NCBI GenBank assembly: GCA_008690995.1
Contig: VRMN01000004.1
Coordinates: 1,550,001-1,614,000 of the forward strand
From: Porphyridium purpureum
Lineage: Eukaryota
Length of the DNA: 64,000 bases
Reading direction: 5' to 3'
Shown: positions 34,201 to 43,000 of the stretch, one piece after another
Numbering within the stretch: the stretch's first letter is position 1
Layout: every line of letters starts with the position of its first letter
Notes under the pieces: model-generated
What the model saw: the letters and a program-made list of their open reading frames with translations, nothing else
What the model was told of the DNA's origin: nothing
Database searches by the model: none
Made by a program: the position numbers and the translations under genes

Positions 34201-37200
34201 TTCCCAAAGGCGAAAGTGTCGTACCACACAATGTCCAAAGCCATGCAAGCTCGAAAGGTTCCACCACTGGAACCCGAGATATCAAAAGAAGAGTACAGGT
34301 CACTGGAGAGGCCTTCTCTTGGTGCCTCCAAGTCGAGGATAGATCCGTCCCACCAGCGTGAATTCTCAGCCTCCAGAGCATTCGCTCTCGATCGCCGATC
34401 GACCAGCGAAATATGCTTGATGCGTGCTCCAGCCTGCGTTCTTCCGCTCTGGTCAGAGCTCATAGATATTTGCAGATCCAAAATGGCCAAGTGAATATCA
34501 AGCGGGGTCGCACTCTCTGCATCGACGACGGTGATGGCAACTCTGGATATCACGGCACGCACGCACATGCTTCTCGGACGCACTAGTTCCTTATCTGGTC
34601 CCAAGGGTACCGATGTTTCAGAAGCGGTCACCGCGACAAGAGTAGGTGGCATATTCGCGTTGGCCGCGCACACATTCAGGATCTCTATGACTCTTGGGAC
34701 AACAGAAAGGTGTAGTTCCGCTTCAACCGGAGATAGGCTCACCTCCACGACTTGCATGCCGCGGTCGCATCCTAGCTCGAGTGCAAACGGGTGCACCAGG
34801 GTGGACACTTTACGAGATGTTTGCTCGATTCTTTCGCTTCCCTCACAAAAAGCGGGATCCTTGAGACAGATCCCTATGCGACTGATCTGTAGCCCTGCCC
34901 AATGCTTCATTGCAGCTCCATTGTCCCCGCCGTGGTCAGAGTTCTCGCAGTCATGGGATACATGTACGGTGGCATTCGCTGCCAAAAAGACAACTTCACC
35001 CGCTTTTCTATCTCCTGCACAGATTTCCATTTGAGACAATGTCAAGCACCCTGAGATTCCGAGAAAGGCGTCTGCGCTCGATTGGGACTCCACAAGAGCA
35101 GCCTCCGGCGGATTGCCCACAATGACAGGCTTGTCATCGCCCACATTTCTACCGTCGGGTGTCGTCTCCATAACGAGATCATCAATTGCTGAAGGCGCTG
35201 TAACAATGCTCGCAGTGTTCATCAGAGCGAGCGCATTGTACATCTCAAATAAAGGCAAGCATGCTCGGAAGTCAGCCTGTAACCGAATTGGGGGAATAAA
35301 GCCGTGAAATTTTGCAGTCCAGGTCTTACTCGTCGTGCTTGAGAGTAGACTGTCACATGCTGAAAAGCCCACGCTCAAGTATTCGGTGTCTATCCCATCA
35401 CCGTCAACTTCATCGTGACCACCTCCGCACTGCAGGACACGGATAGTTTTCGTGCTAGAACTATGGTAGTCCAAGCAACACTGAGTTAGTTCGCACGTTG
35501 CGGTCAAGACATTAGGGTCTGCGTGAGCCTTCAAGCTGACAGAATTGAGACAAAGTTCAAGAGAATTTCCTGCACGCAGACGCCCCGTCCGGGCCTGCAC
35601 TTTCACTGCTATGCGCTGCATGAGCACAGAAAGCGACAGCGACATTGCTGAGGCGGTTGATTCCGACGCTCCTGCATTGAACGGCACACCTGGGTCTCGT
35701 ATTTGAATATCTTCGGCATCTGTGCAGTACGAAAGAATCTCCCGATAGGATTCTTCTAAATTGTGGGCAGACAATGTGCCGCCCTCTTCTTGCTTGTATC
35801 TGGACATACTACTACCCTTCAAACCCACAATTTGACTCACACTTTGTTGGATTCGGAGCTCACGACGCACAAGGCTTCGGAACACAGCCAACTGGAAAGC
35901 AGGCGTGCGGCTCTCAATCTCGAACAACTTGCTTTCCTCGTCAAGGCTAAGCCCGTCTGTAGCGCCAGCTTCGGCGTCTGCCGTGGCCTGGGTTCCACCT
36001 CGTTTCAAGGAATTCCGTGTGAGTAGCCGCAAAAACGTGCGGCGGTCCTGTCCAGCCTGCTTCACGCCAGCTTCTGTGAGCGCAGTGGCGTGCTTCGGAG
36101 AATGCCGAAGCGCGGCACGCACAGCACAGTATGCGTACGACCACCAACTCGTCGCATCAAAGTTTTCATGTGTTAGCGTCGGCCGGCCGTGCTCAAAATT
36201 GCTTCGACGCAGTGTCGTCCGCGTGCTGCGTGAGTGAAATCTCAAAAGCGCACTAATGTCACGATCAGTGCACACCATTTCAAACGGCTCCACGATCGCG
36301 TCACATGTCACACGTTCAAAAAGTCCCTTCTCATCTGAGATGGCGGGAGTGCGGCCTGCTTCTATTGATGTGGCGCTTTCAAGGAGTGCGAACGACATTC
36401 GCACGTTCAGGGGTCCCATAATCGGCTCTGTTTCGGGCTCGTGTTGCAAAAGTTCCTCGCTTGCCCTGCACTTTCCTGCATCCGCGATATCCATGTCAGA
36501 AGCGCCTTTGATTTCAGTTTCCGTTTCCCGCGCAAAGCTTGACACAGCCATTAGTTTGCACAGTTCAAGTCTTTTTGTTAGTTTCGCAGGTACCAACTGC
36601 TCTTGTACCAGTGAGGGGCCTACATGTAGACCAGAAGCCTCAGAAGGTCCACCATCCGCGCTGCTTGTGGTCCCGAGTCGCTCAAACCCAAGAAGGAGGG
36701 TCGTGGCATCACCAAATCGAAGGCGAATGGATGCGTTCACGACCTCGATACTCATGCGCTCCACTATACGTACTGCATGCGGCAATAACACTGAAAGTGC
36801 AAAAGAGCGCAGACGACGAAGCAGAGATACGAGCCATCCGGATTGCTTCTTGGGCTTTGTTCCAGACTCGCTCTGTTCTTGCGCAGCACGCTCTGCAGCG
36901 CGTACAAGCTGCAGGGTGTGCAAGCGGCGCTGCAGACGCATTGCCTGCTGGTACTGCGGCGTCTGCAAGTGCTGCAACAGCATTTCTTCTAAATGCTCTG
37001 AAATCTCGTCAAGCTCAACCTGGAGCCCAACAAGTCGCAACTGGATACTTGCGCCGCCGTACACGGCTCGCCAGGGCACGTCCAAACGCAACTCATCAAA
37101 ACGCACGCGGCGTGGAATCAAAGGCAAGCCAAGCTGGTGGTACAAGTAGACCAACAAGCTTTGTTGCCACGGCACCGACTTCCACGCGACGGACAGGCCC

Positions 37201-37430
37201 GCGTCCTGCTCGATCTCGTGTTTCTCTGCACAACTATCGACATGCGCTTGCGCATCGCGCTTCTCCGCACCGTCCTTGTCCGGACGCACCGCCAACTCCA
37301 CGTCCTGCAGCACGAACGAGTCTGCTCCGACGCTCACATTCAACCGGTCCAAGTCGGCCTCGCCAATCAGCGCGGCGCCAAAGTACGGTTCCAAGCGGCG
37401 CAGCACCCATTTCTTCAGGCGCGCTTGCAT
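25242..37430 (-). CDS. VPS13/chorein-like giant lipid-transfer protein (about 4060 aa, single exon)
   Basis: Chorein-N-like start (L..YFG..L.V.VG..LQDVEL..L.LDVPW); WWSYAY; WEPLCE; YAWDDP.G VAB-like; VQLDNL; RPPR and PH-like C-terminus. Confidence 0.8.
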   Translation of the reverse strand: MQARLKKWVLRRLEPYFGAALIGEADLDRLNVSVGADSFVLQDVELAVRPDKDGAEKRDAQAHVDSCAEKHEIEQDAGLSVAWKSVPWQQSLLVYLYHQLGLPLIPRRVRFDELRLDVPWRAVYGGASIQLRLVGLQVELDEISEHLEEMLLQHLQTPQYQQAMRLQRRLHTLQLVRAAERAAQEQSESGTKPKKQSGWLVSLLRRLRSFALSVLLPHAVRIVERMSIEVVNASIRLRFGDATTLLLGFERLGTTSSADGGPSEASGLHVGPSLVQEQLVPAKLTKRLELCKLMAVSSFARETETEIKGASDMDIADAGKCRASEELLQHEPETEPIMGPLNVRMSFALLESATSIEAGRTPAISDEKGLFERVTCDAIVEPFEMVCTDRDISALLRFHSRSTRTTLRRSNFEHGRPTLTHENFDATSWWSYAYCAVRAALRHSPKHATALTEAGVKQAGQDRRTFLRLLTRNSLKRGGTQATADAEAGATDGLSLDEESKLFEIESRTPAFQLAVFRSLVRRELRIQQSVSQIVGLKGSSMSRYKQEEGGTLSAHNLEESYREILSYCTDAEDIQIRDPGVPFNAGASESTASAMSLSLSVLMQRIAVKVQARTGRLRAGNSLELCLNSVSLKAHADPNVLTATCELTQCCLDYHSSSTKTIRVLQCGGGHDEVDGDGIDTEYLSVGFSACDSLLSSTTSKTWTAKFHGFIPPIRLQADFRACLPLFEMYNALALMNTASIVTAPSAIDDLVMETTPDGRNVGDDKPVIVGNPPEAALVESQSSADAFLGISGCLTLSQMEICAGDRKAGEVVFLAANATVHVSHDCENSDHGGDNGAAMKHWAGLQISRIGICLKDPAFCEGSERIEQTSRKVSTLVHPFALELGCDRGMQVVEVSLSPVEAELHLSVVPRVIEILNVCAANANMPPTLVAVTASETSVPLGPDKELVRPRSMCVRAVISRVAITVVDAESATPLDIHLAILDLQISMSSDQSGRTQAGARIKHISLVDRRSRANALEAENSRWWDGSILDLEAPREGLSSDLYSSFDISGSSGGTFRACMALDIVWYDTFAFGKPSPEISARLGTVAIAVDTASLNQYVAFFSQWSNQMASQFTQQGQVLPSSSASSSPESSALAAAAAAAAAPVPTQTSLEQPLLVNFDLARLDIILGEEKQRGVGLCVERLQVVYEKSGNVAKSDPSRNGGFLVESEDTDVRASTEVLQANIEALSVHDHTRHKGLYPRVLDLSRPTSSLDSSMSFETMAEGDARVQRTKFDSNKCALHALVFMKSNHSDVQVTLGRVRAAFVMRFVSFLTRMMGTVGKHPTSIESQGQDQAAATPPSAHDATAKSMAISVNTGPFLIELPQGAHMRDAVLLSGHATRIRLLPEIANKLDLLASKRQEISQLYQQGESSGSAVLGSQLSIDCVKISGAVRFSLHESLLNGSDRQRREHPQTCHVRFLTNMNVQMQVHSVAGCRASFTGVALRVNELHVMLSSEQLAALLAVGQHNIMYDPNLFAATSQRGNVDWFGTELSLDDVQIELVQHSHGNGKDLLPLASVALRGLRVVDSATSRAEDVAGAVTTYHERTHIGVHSIAIRDSRNGVYTPFRTVILSRPVRRGGTPLKYASGDSERSVMQGPAAALNEIERDRVPDLLLTGAERVTPARGYELALAVELDMWGGGPEMNIAAKLDFGRLFVSLSTDFMLLLVDFLQPPSPQDNQATAAGPMDIKDAKAIDLVDEPVPVVVQTHGTVEVKLGLRLELWFNADPFDPRSSALLCRAPVALCLQIADPPRSIPDFQLDMSKTLISFCPPGVFTTTASNNSFSSATKAGGGALNLDWQSSSASVSGASRATTALSGASRLTHYTACLGARMSPIPIVRITHGKVSGERDLTRTETDCSKVRVSLSGFHVHVAASEVMAIVGLCEQSQKQVDRYNQIFARPRPSQEQEQVGGKSSSPIYSFVSLQWPTVELEVEKCFFVLMDSWGSRTPAAVRFMLGLKADAAKMDETVLQKQSGDKAVYGSAKLEFQSDVLYPEIGVWEPLCERTILPGTMRAEEKGDGGKRTSSGDETDGSSRAPLSCFLNVHVPQTVNLNMTTRFVRSFHILQRALQPLFTSSMHLSDPDTLSKAGSEYGEQHLDKRLLSNVAGSDAPLWICNETGIDLKVVVWTRPKAQHLQHQLDENFVDVASTSYASVPLRDPSPSTNDMQSHDREMVDLSFSAPGVLLPCARLRLRDCPPGIRAVIVKTECAESNQDGARKISSVHATPSREGDACIMVDVRHVGKATVLTLRSHVSVVNISSHTLLLKAVSAEGMVTVGERLLGQLLSPDRCSLPVDLFTLLSDRGPGSACSIFCGLPGVVDADGEQSDFGWAWSSEPIFSITGRTLGSRTSAHETKPRPSGHQLVVMHNPDVECTYILAVRESSSGQSFRPAVSRKTITLVDFVEFQNALSHDVEVELGFFSDLARSDSYQVEDSEEEYAHEKMHQHVIPSGAKRQISELSCGSQGSGAFLRKSPSIVRLAELGMRCRLVSSGAWSAPVKLADASAQSPSFAPLSARVSLPQFGGLGMNIQQNALEAQVAVDEHIYWESSNENGPSCGSSPLAAYTVRLWSQFWLVNMLYPQDVLKMPLSVMVGQRASSLTKTSSSRNKASAASVAAARSHSQPKYISKLEYAEPHAVAQSGSTLNIKLKLGQSEWISVTPIEEWMKFPTLAGQDVDGVLTSGGQTVGNLIFVPSAGSSPSSAKPLVRTRTSLSASNLASKRHVVRAATCIAPVVSRGVGLFRDTTIVSLMPAVYVRNSCASPPTSSGCAGESCALVLRLGLSSAMHPFRGSLFTPCRYISARPVHIGETVSLLKLPYAPVSSLVPALSLSMRGDEDDDEWLWMGCLPLQADLYSSIPASHPDVSEPASRVHKMPTSLIAQLVLRTTSRRTRTKNKPSSRFVVINVCVTDPHGVLKVSVSPADAAQIPVYLANNSDEIFEIAQVSGPDGLARSDKKRPTVLLHPHSDQDYAWDDPGGKRVLQLTLRRRVSTDIGTSATRKDRASEMELFVGCIDAEEAWDGREWDFQVSLPESRRASGTSTHSQKQRQKHQLSKSSTKTLTVRVHCARDGARMYLMIHSGMSPAVAPPHDVGPRGLQFERQEEMGRFESNRPLVASLPSGLPFSSMPTNGHIRYREDPKQQELAMWVFLKCAGISMSVLSDTGTVVELENRTALGGLQKVARVLQKSKPTNRAARSPTVAQRQHHSVPFEIAYLEASSISLATVLLVNQSQTSASFHLCVPHVQLDNLLDRARPLLSRNVELTALEMSGSRDMDQSGAHVRTRVLRSSGDREVQSPDRSFQDVPPFIRVVGSAIYDTEVKQQQGHTQARIHVAVAPISIDADSGFFLILKHAFILPLLTRQGVEDSEEHMLVETCGCSERCETDGQGDLDLKAAVQRHLVDRLSFVRAPLAEARAPAAGFAVPKAAQVELYVDPIRAVWSVDVKSADLPRLFGTELNVPIHVRILQLAVVDRAFLNLRPFSFFAQRMVLDAGAPDVQQLMRTMTLHYASQFLTAAASTVLSLKIFNPLRMVVKSCPSLGVIAVSSGFLDACEDLLAQLIVLGEQVFQLEPKQRKRNAHRFHDVDDRLASMYYDVFQGLNRWKQHFSSASSREMRALMAASLATPSVPTAQNEYQSTYSETLSLLRHHQRSSMRSSPNLWSVAYSTIRLAQSSVVFFIRFMRQLVHPAVVHVGPFSVGLNGYLLALRPPRGLAESGALVPFSYRRDSWGEQIFLFHREQRQWPNEASHALFALSATSVLLLTSHRAIRLDLMQSKDAAAEKSRWPGNIAQQISYHMAGRWTIIWEVLLEDLVRVSCERVELCLVAILRGGLRWKQRSRGWSGTKDGGDRHMAAPSLAQRLMSLRPSNGAKKSSAARELGDELMLRIRLETGQHQPPPPFIGSLVATCESEYAAAAVFAELMPLLPGGVQEQQSVAPPRDTFYSPSSSPSHLFGSMPSITASMQDRGGASSSRIISRTSVRPALASLDGNSPGFPRTPPEQRPFPSAFARASFTDSDGREGR

Positions 37431-38106
37431 GTCCCCTCGTTCCCTGTGACACGCAAGTACGCAAGCACGCAAGCATGCGAACAGGCACACGCCACCAATC
37501 TGCCACGGGCGCCCAACCCCCCGCACTCCGTCGTTCGTCCGTGCTCCCCGTTCTTCTTCTTCTTCTTCTTCCTCCTCATTCTTCCGCCCTTCAATGCGCT
37601 TGCCGCATGCTTCGGCTGCCACAACTTGTGTCATGTGGGGGGTTCAGTCAAAACACGTACAGTTGACTGTAAATCGTCCAAACGGTCCGCATTACCGCCA
37701 GATGAACCGAACCGATAAGGAATCGGTGAGGACCAAGCGAGCGCAGAGACAGACGACACCAGGAGTAGAGAACGCGGGACGACGAACGTCGGCAGCGCGC
37801 GCGTGATCGTTGCAAGGTTGGAAACCTGCTTTTGGCGTGGTTGGGAGTCAACGTAACCAAGTGTTATGAGGTTGTGCGGTTGAGTCCCAGTAGCGGAGCT
37901 TTTTCACGAACTCAGCTGTGTCTGGATAAAGAAAAGTCGAATGCACAGTTTCAAGCATTAGGGTTAGGGATTCAACGGGAAGACGCAAGTCGTACAGAGC
38001 TCAACGATTGATTACACGATTGACAATTGTTTCAGGTTACAAAAGGAGAATGATAAACCACGCAAGGACTCCAGGTGGCTCGGACACCCACACGCGCATA
38101 CGGTAC

Positions 38107-40281
38107 TTATGTGAGCGCATTCATGGCGATGACAAACTCCACGATGCTGATGGAATTGTTACGGTCACGGTCTTTGGACCGCAGCACTGCCTTGATCCGC
38201 TCGAACTCCACCCTGTCGCAGAGTAGCTCTGCAGCGACATGAGCCGCCGTCTCGACGTCGAGTTCCTTCACTTCCGTGACGGCACACATCTGGTTGAATG
38301 CAGCTTTCCATTGTGCCAATTTGTCGCTCATTGATTCACGCCCTGAACCAGCTGGATTCGGCGGGACGCGAGATTTTCGCTTCAGGTCCTCCAACTCGCG
38401 CAGCGCGTGGCTATTCTCCATCGCCGTAATCATCTGTATCATTCCCATCACAGCGACCTGCGGCGCAGCAAGGTGGTGATCGCGTACCGACGCATGGAGT
38501 GCGCCGTCTGCCCACATTTCCCCCACTAGCTCAATCGCATTGATAATATTTTCTGCGCCTCCTACAAGCTCCGCAGCATTTGTCACGATTTCCACAACCG
38601 ACGAGAAGTCCACTATGCTGTCCAGGATCTTGGTCAGTCCAGCGCCAGCGTACGGGATGAAAGAGATGAGAGCCGTCACCGCAGCAATCGTCGCCCTTCT
38701 CTTCAAATGCTTGCGGTAGAGTCCCTTGAATGCTCGCACCTGCGCGTCCACCTGGATGGCGTACTCAGCAACGTTGGTTATGCGTTGATCCAAAAGTACC
38801 ATCGCTGTTTGCAGCCCTGACACGTGATCATTCAAATCAACCACTGCCGTTTGAAGTTGTGACATTTGCGCCGAGTGCAAAGTCACCGTCTCCTCCAGCG
38901 TACGGTAGCGGAAGTCTGCAAAAACGTTGTCCTTTGTAAATTCATGAACCAGCCTTTCCCGCTCATTCGCGTCGATCACTTTGTCTTGCTCGAGCCTTGG
39001 AAGAATAATCCTGCTCAACATCGTCATCACTTCCGAATTCTTATCAAACTTGAACTCCTTCGAAATACGACGAAGCACGCTTCTAATGTAGTACTGCACA
39101 TGGACTCGTTCAATTTCTCCATTCTTCAGGGCCAGGCTAGCGAGCGTGTAGAGCACTTTGAGCTCTGAAACATCCGAAACTAGTGGGGACAGCCGGACCA
39201 ATGCTTGGTACCCACCAAGTGCTTCGTCATTGCACTGCACGAAAACAGCGAAGAATTGAGATCCTGGTCCACATTTTAGGTCGCTGGTGCCCCACAGCTT
39301 GACCGTGCTGTCCCAGCTGCCGGACGCGATGAACCGGCCATCGGGTGCAAAGTGCACCGCATGCACCTTACTTGAGTGCCCCGTCATGGTGCGCAAACAA
39401 GCGCCGGTCTGCGCGTCCCACAGCTTGACCGTCTCGTCATCGCTGCCGGACGCGATGAACCGGCCATCGGGCGAAAACTGCATTACTGTCACATCATCTG
39501 AGTGCCCCGTCATGGTGCGCACGAACGCGCCGGTCTGCGCGTCCCACAGCTTGACCGTCTTGTCACCGCCAACGGACGCGATGAACCGGCCATCGGGCGA
39601 AAACTGCATTACCGTCACATCATCTGAGTGCCCCGTCATGGTGCGCACGAACGCGCCAGTCTGCGCGTCCCACAGCTTGACCGTCTTGTCGCCGCCAAAG
39701 GACGCGATGAAGCGGCCATCGGGCGAAAACTGCACTACCGTCACATCGTCTGAGTGCCCCGTCATGGTGCGCACGCACACACCGGTCTGCGCGTCCCACA
39801 GCTTGACCGTCTTGTCGCCGCCAACGGACGTGATGAACCGGCCATCGGGCGAAAAGTGCACCGCTAATACCCAGTCCGAGTGACCCATCATAATGCGCAC
39901 ACACGCGCCTGTGTGCACGTCCCACAGCTTGAGCGTGTCCCCGCCAACAGACACGATGAAACGGCCATCGGGCGAAAAGTGCACGGCAAATACCCAATCT
40001 GAGTGCCCCGTGATGGTATGCACGCACGCGCCGGTGTGTATGTCCCACAGCTTGAGCGTGTCGCAGCCAACGGACGCCATAAACCGGCCTTTGGGCGAAA
40101 AGTGCACAGCTAATATCGAATCTGAGTGCCCCGTCATGGTGCGCACGCACACACCGGTCTGCGTGTCCCACAGCTTGACCGTCTTGTCATCGCTGCCGGA
40201 TGCGATGAGCCGACCATCGGGCGAAACGTGCAACGTATTGACGCAATCTGAGTGCTCGCGCATAGTCAACACAGCCGCCAT
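38107..40281 (-). CDS. WD40 protein with eight highly conserved repeats, coiled coil, hydrophobic helices and a C-terminal EF-hand
   Basis: GHS..V..V.FSPDGRFIAS...D.TVKLWD x8; DRDRNNSISIVEF EF-hand loop. Confidence 0.92.
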   Translation of the reverse strand: MAAVLTMREHSDCVNTLHVSPDGRLIASGSDDKTVKLWDTQTGVCVRTMTGHSDSILAVHFSPKGRFMASVGCDTLKLWDIHTGACVHTITGHSDWVFAVHFSPDGRFIVSVGGDTLKLWDVHTGACVRIMMGHSDWVLAVHFSPDGRFITSVGGDKTVKLWDAQTGVCVRTMTGHSDDVTVVQFSPDGRFIASFGGDKTVKLWDAQTGAFVRTMTGHSDDVTVMQFSPDGRFIASVGGDKTVKLWDAQTGAFVRTMTGHSDDVTVMQFSPDGRFIASGSDDETVKLWDAQTGACLRTMTGHSSKVHAVHFAPDGRFIASGSWDSTVKLWGTSDLKCGPGSQFFAVFVQCNDEALGGYQALVRLSPLVSDVSELKVLYTLASLALKNGEIERVHVQYYIRSVLRRISKEFKFDKNSEVMTMLSRIILPRLEQDKVIDANERERLVHEFTKDNVFADFRYRTLEETVTLHSAQMSQLQTAVVDLNDHVSGLQTAMVLLDQRITNVAEYAIQVDAQVRAFKGLYRKHLKRRATIAAVTALISFIPYAGAGLTKILDSIVDFSSVVEIVTNAAELVGGAENIINAIELVGEMWADGALHASVRDHHLAAPQVAVMGMIQMITAMENSHALRELEDLKRKSRVPPNPAGSGRESMSDKLAQWKAAFNQMCAVTEVKELDVETAAHVAAELLCDRVEFERIKAVLRSKDRDRNNSISIVEFVIAMNALT
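39285..40262 (-). repeat. Intragenic 126/123-bp tandem array encoding the WD40 repeats
   Basis: CCACAGCTTGA anchor at 39292, 39418, 39544, 39670, 39796, 39922, 40045, 40168. Confidence 0.95.
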
Positions 40282-41279
40282 CGCGCACCTCTCCGTTCCG
40301 CGCCTCTAGCACGCCCATTCATACCTCAACCCCCTCACCAACCACCACCACTCCCAACAACCTTCCTCTTCACCAACACACCACCTGCGCACGCGCTTTA
40401 GTATCCACCACCAGCCCTCTAACGCACGCGCCTCGACCCATTCGATGATTCCCCCAACGCAACATCGCGAAGCCGCATACTCACGATTTCGCACGTCGTG
40501 ACGAATCGGAGAGAAAAAAAACCACCAAAAACCCCACAAAAACCCCACAAAAACACTACAGAACACGACTTGGATTCGGGTTTCTACGGCTTTGCGGTGT
40601 TTTCGTCAGACGCACGCGAGTTGTTTTGATTTGGACACGTGCACAAAATCGCAGTGTGACTCTAGCTGCTCGCAGCGATCAAAAGGCGAAGAAGAATGAT
40701 AAGATGCTCTGCAACTGCGCGCTTTGTGCGAGGCACGGCGAGCACGGAACTTCGGGCCTCGTGTTTTCATGTACACTCGGCACGTGGCCAGCGCTATGTG
40801 TGTCGTGTGTCGTGTTGGGTTGGTTGGGAATGCGGGAATGAATGCGGGCATGTGAATTGGAGATGCGCTGAAAAGCCTGAACGGACGGGCGTTGAGGTTG
40901 TGCTGCAAGCTGGACGTCGGCGGTGCCATGCGCAAGTGCACACGTGCCTGCCGCGGTGCGAAGCGGCGGGCGCGATGCAGTTGTGCAGCAGTCGTGCTCG
41001 TGCGCAGCGTGCGGATGGTGAACATGGAGAACAGGACCAAGGCGGTTCGCACTGCCACGGCGAGGCGTCAGCGACGAGTCGCAAAGTCGCTCGACGCATG
41101 TGTACCTAGGCATGGCGCTTGCACATCGCTCGCATATAGTCTCGACCATGTCACGCACGGCGGCTGTGGGGGTCACGAGCCACTTCTGCAGAGCTCCCCT
41201 ATACCGCACACCTCTGGTCGTCCGGGCGAGCTCATCACACTCACATGCTCCTGGCCTAACCCTTATGTTCAGGGGTGAC

Positions 41280-43000
41280 TTACTGATTCACAGTGCGCCT
41301 TGGCAATGACCCCATAGTCTCATTCCTCGTATCATAGCCGTCTCGCCAGCGCACAAGTACCAGCGTTCTTTTGTCCTCTGTAGGCATGACCATGATGCGC
41401 GGCCCGTGGCACAGTCTTAGCCGGAAAGGTGCGGACGTGCTCGAACGCATCAGCCAGCGCCCGCGCATCGTACCACAGAGCTCCGCACAGGCGCGGTCCC
41501 AAGACCTTCCACGGTGAACAGAAAGCTTTCTGTCATCGCGCCAGGGCCGCGGCTTTCTGGTTGATCGGTTCAAAGTGATTCTTGGAAGCCTCGTTCTCGA
41601 GTACATTCCGCAAGCAATCCACTGCGGCTGCCGCGACGTGCGAATCATCAGCTATTGAAATGCCGACCTCCGGCGCGGGCGCTACCGCGTGCAGCTCGGC
41701 ACGTACCAGCTCTTAAAGCATGCCACGCGTCACACGTCTCGCCCTGCACCTCCGCGAGCTGTCGCAACCAACTCACAAGCGGTTAGTGCAATTGTCCAAG
41801 GAACGGAATCTTGCTTTAGTGTAAAAGACAGACTGACTCAGAGCCGCTGCCCGCTCAAGCGCAAATCACAAAAGAACCATCACTTGGCGGGCTTCCGCAC
41901 GATGCAAACCTCACCGACGCCGATCTCCAAACTAGGAAAGACAGCCCGCCCGATAATCTACAACTAGACAGACGTCCACTCGATCTACTAAGCCTTTGCC
42001 TCGTCACGCGCACACCCGAACCACGTTAACGGCCGACCGCTGACGCACCGTGGCAGTGCTCGTTCTCACCAAAACTCGCATGCACCATATTTAGCTTACT
42101 TCCAATTCTTTGAACCCGACCCGTCCGGCCAAGTAACAAGCTCCCGGACGCGCCGCACAATCGCAATCACGTTCGCTCGCTGGCTCGGTCGGACCCGGAA
42201 GCCCAGCTACCAGACCAGGTTCGATGCAGAAAGATATCCTGGAGCAAACGCGGAAGCACGCTTTGCACGCTCCAATTCATCGACGAGAATACTCACCAAT
42301 TACGCCTTGAACCCTTCGTACGACTTTTGCTCCGGCAGCCACTTTTCGACTTTCCTATTGTCCGGGAACGAAAAATGTGCAAACTCTTCGAGCTCTTTCA
42401 AATCACGCGGCGCCTCGCTGCCAACCGTGTGTTCCTTCATATTCTTCACCGATGCAACGTCAACCCATGAGACCTCTTCCAGTACTTGAGCCTGCTGCTT
42501 ACGGTCAGATTATCCATCGCCGTTTCCACTAGCACACTCTGAAAGTCGATGTCCGACCAGTCGTGTGCCGGTATGAATGTCAGAAGCACCGTGGTCCCCA
42601 CTGCTCGTGGCGCATGGCGGCGACTCTCCGAACAGGTTCGAACCCGGCGCGTCGATTTTGGCCCGTGGCGAGTGCAAACCTTGTTGCAAGCGTGCCGTAC
42701 TCGCCGCCTTGCCGTTCTGTGTGAACGCAACGAAGCGCGGCGCGAGCACAGAACCATCTTAGGTTTGCGCTCGCTTGTCGCAACGCATCGCAGTCTTCTC
42801 CCCAATCCGGTACATCACCGAGCTCGATAGCCGTGCCCTTGAGAAGAGCAATAGCGCCTCTTGGGCGTCCAACGCTCCGCTCCGAGTTGATGATCTCCCA
42901 GAACTCTCGGCAGTACTCTTCCCCGTCGACCATTCTCGACATGCTCTTGGGGTCACACGTTTGGTCGATTGTCCACTGCTTCGGAAGCTACGGTACCATG
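41280..43000 (-). mobile_element. Possible heavily decayed LTR retrotransposon (chromovirus-like) fragment
   Basis: Stop-interrupted - strand frames: Gag-like helical pieces (42300-42940), SPWKVLG (GPY/F-like, ~41500), VLVRWRDGYDTRNET chromodomain-like (41317-41361); no RT or LTR seen. Confidence 0.35.

Noticed and set aside
36256..37718. Long plus-strand ORFs
   Set aside because: Antisense to the VPS13-like CDS
37959..37969. TTAGGGTTAGGG telomere-like dimer (similar at ~2542)
   Set aside because: Only about two units; not an interstitial telomere array
39285..40262. Regular repeat array as a possible CRISPR
   Set aside because: Units are in-frame WD40 coding repeats with no unique spacers and no cas genes
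40606..40851. 81-aa ORF beginning MPAFIPAF (transit-peptide-like)
   Set aside because: No mature domain recognisable; insufficient support
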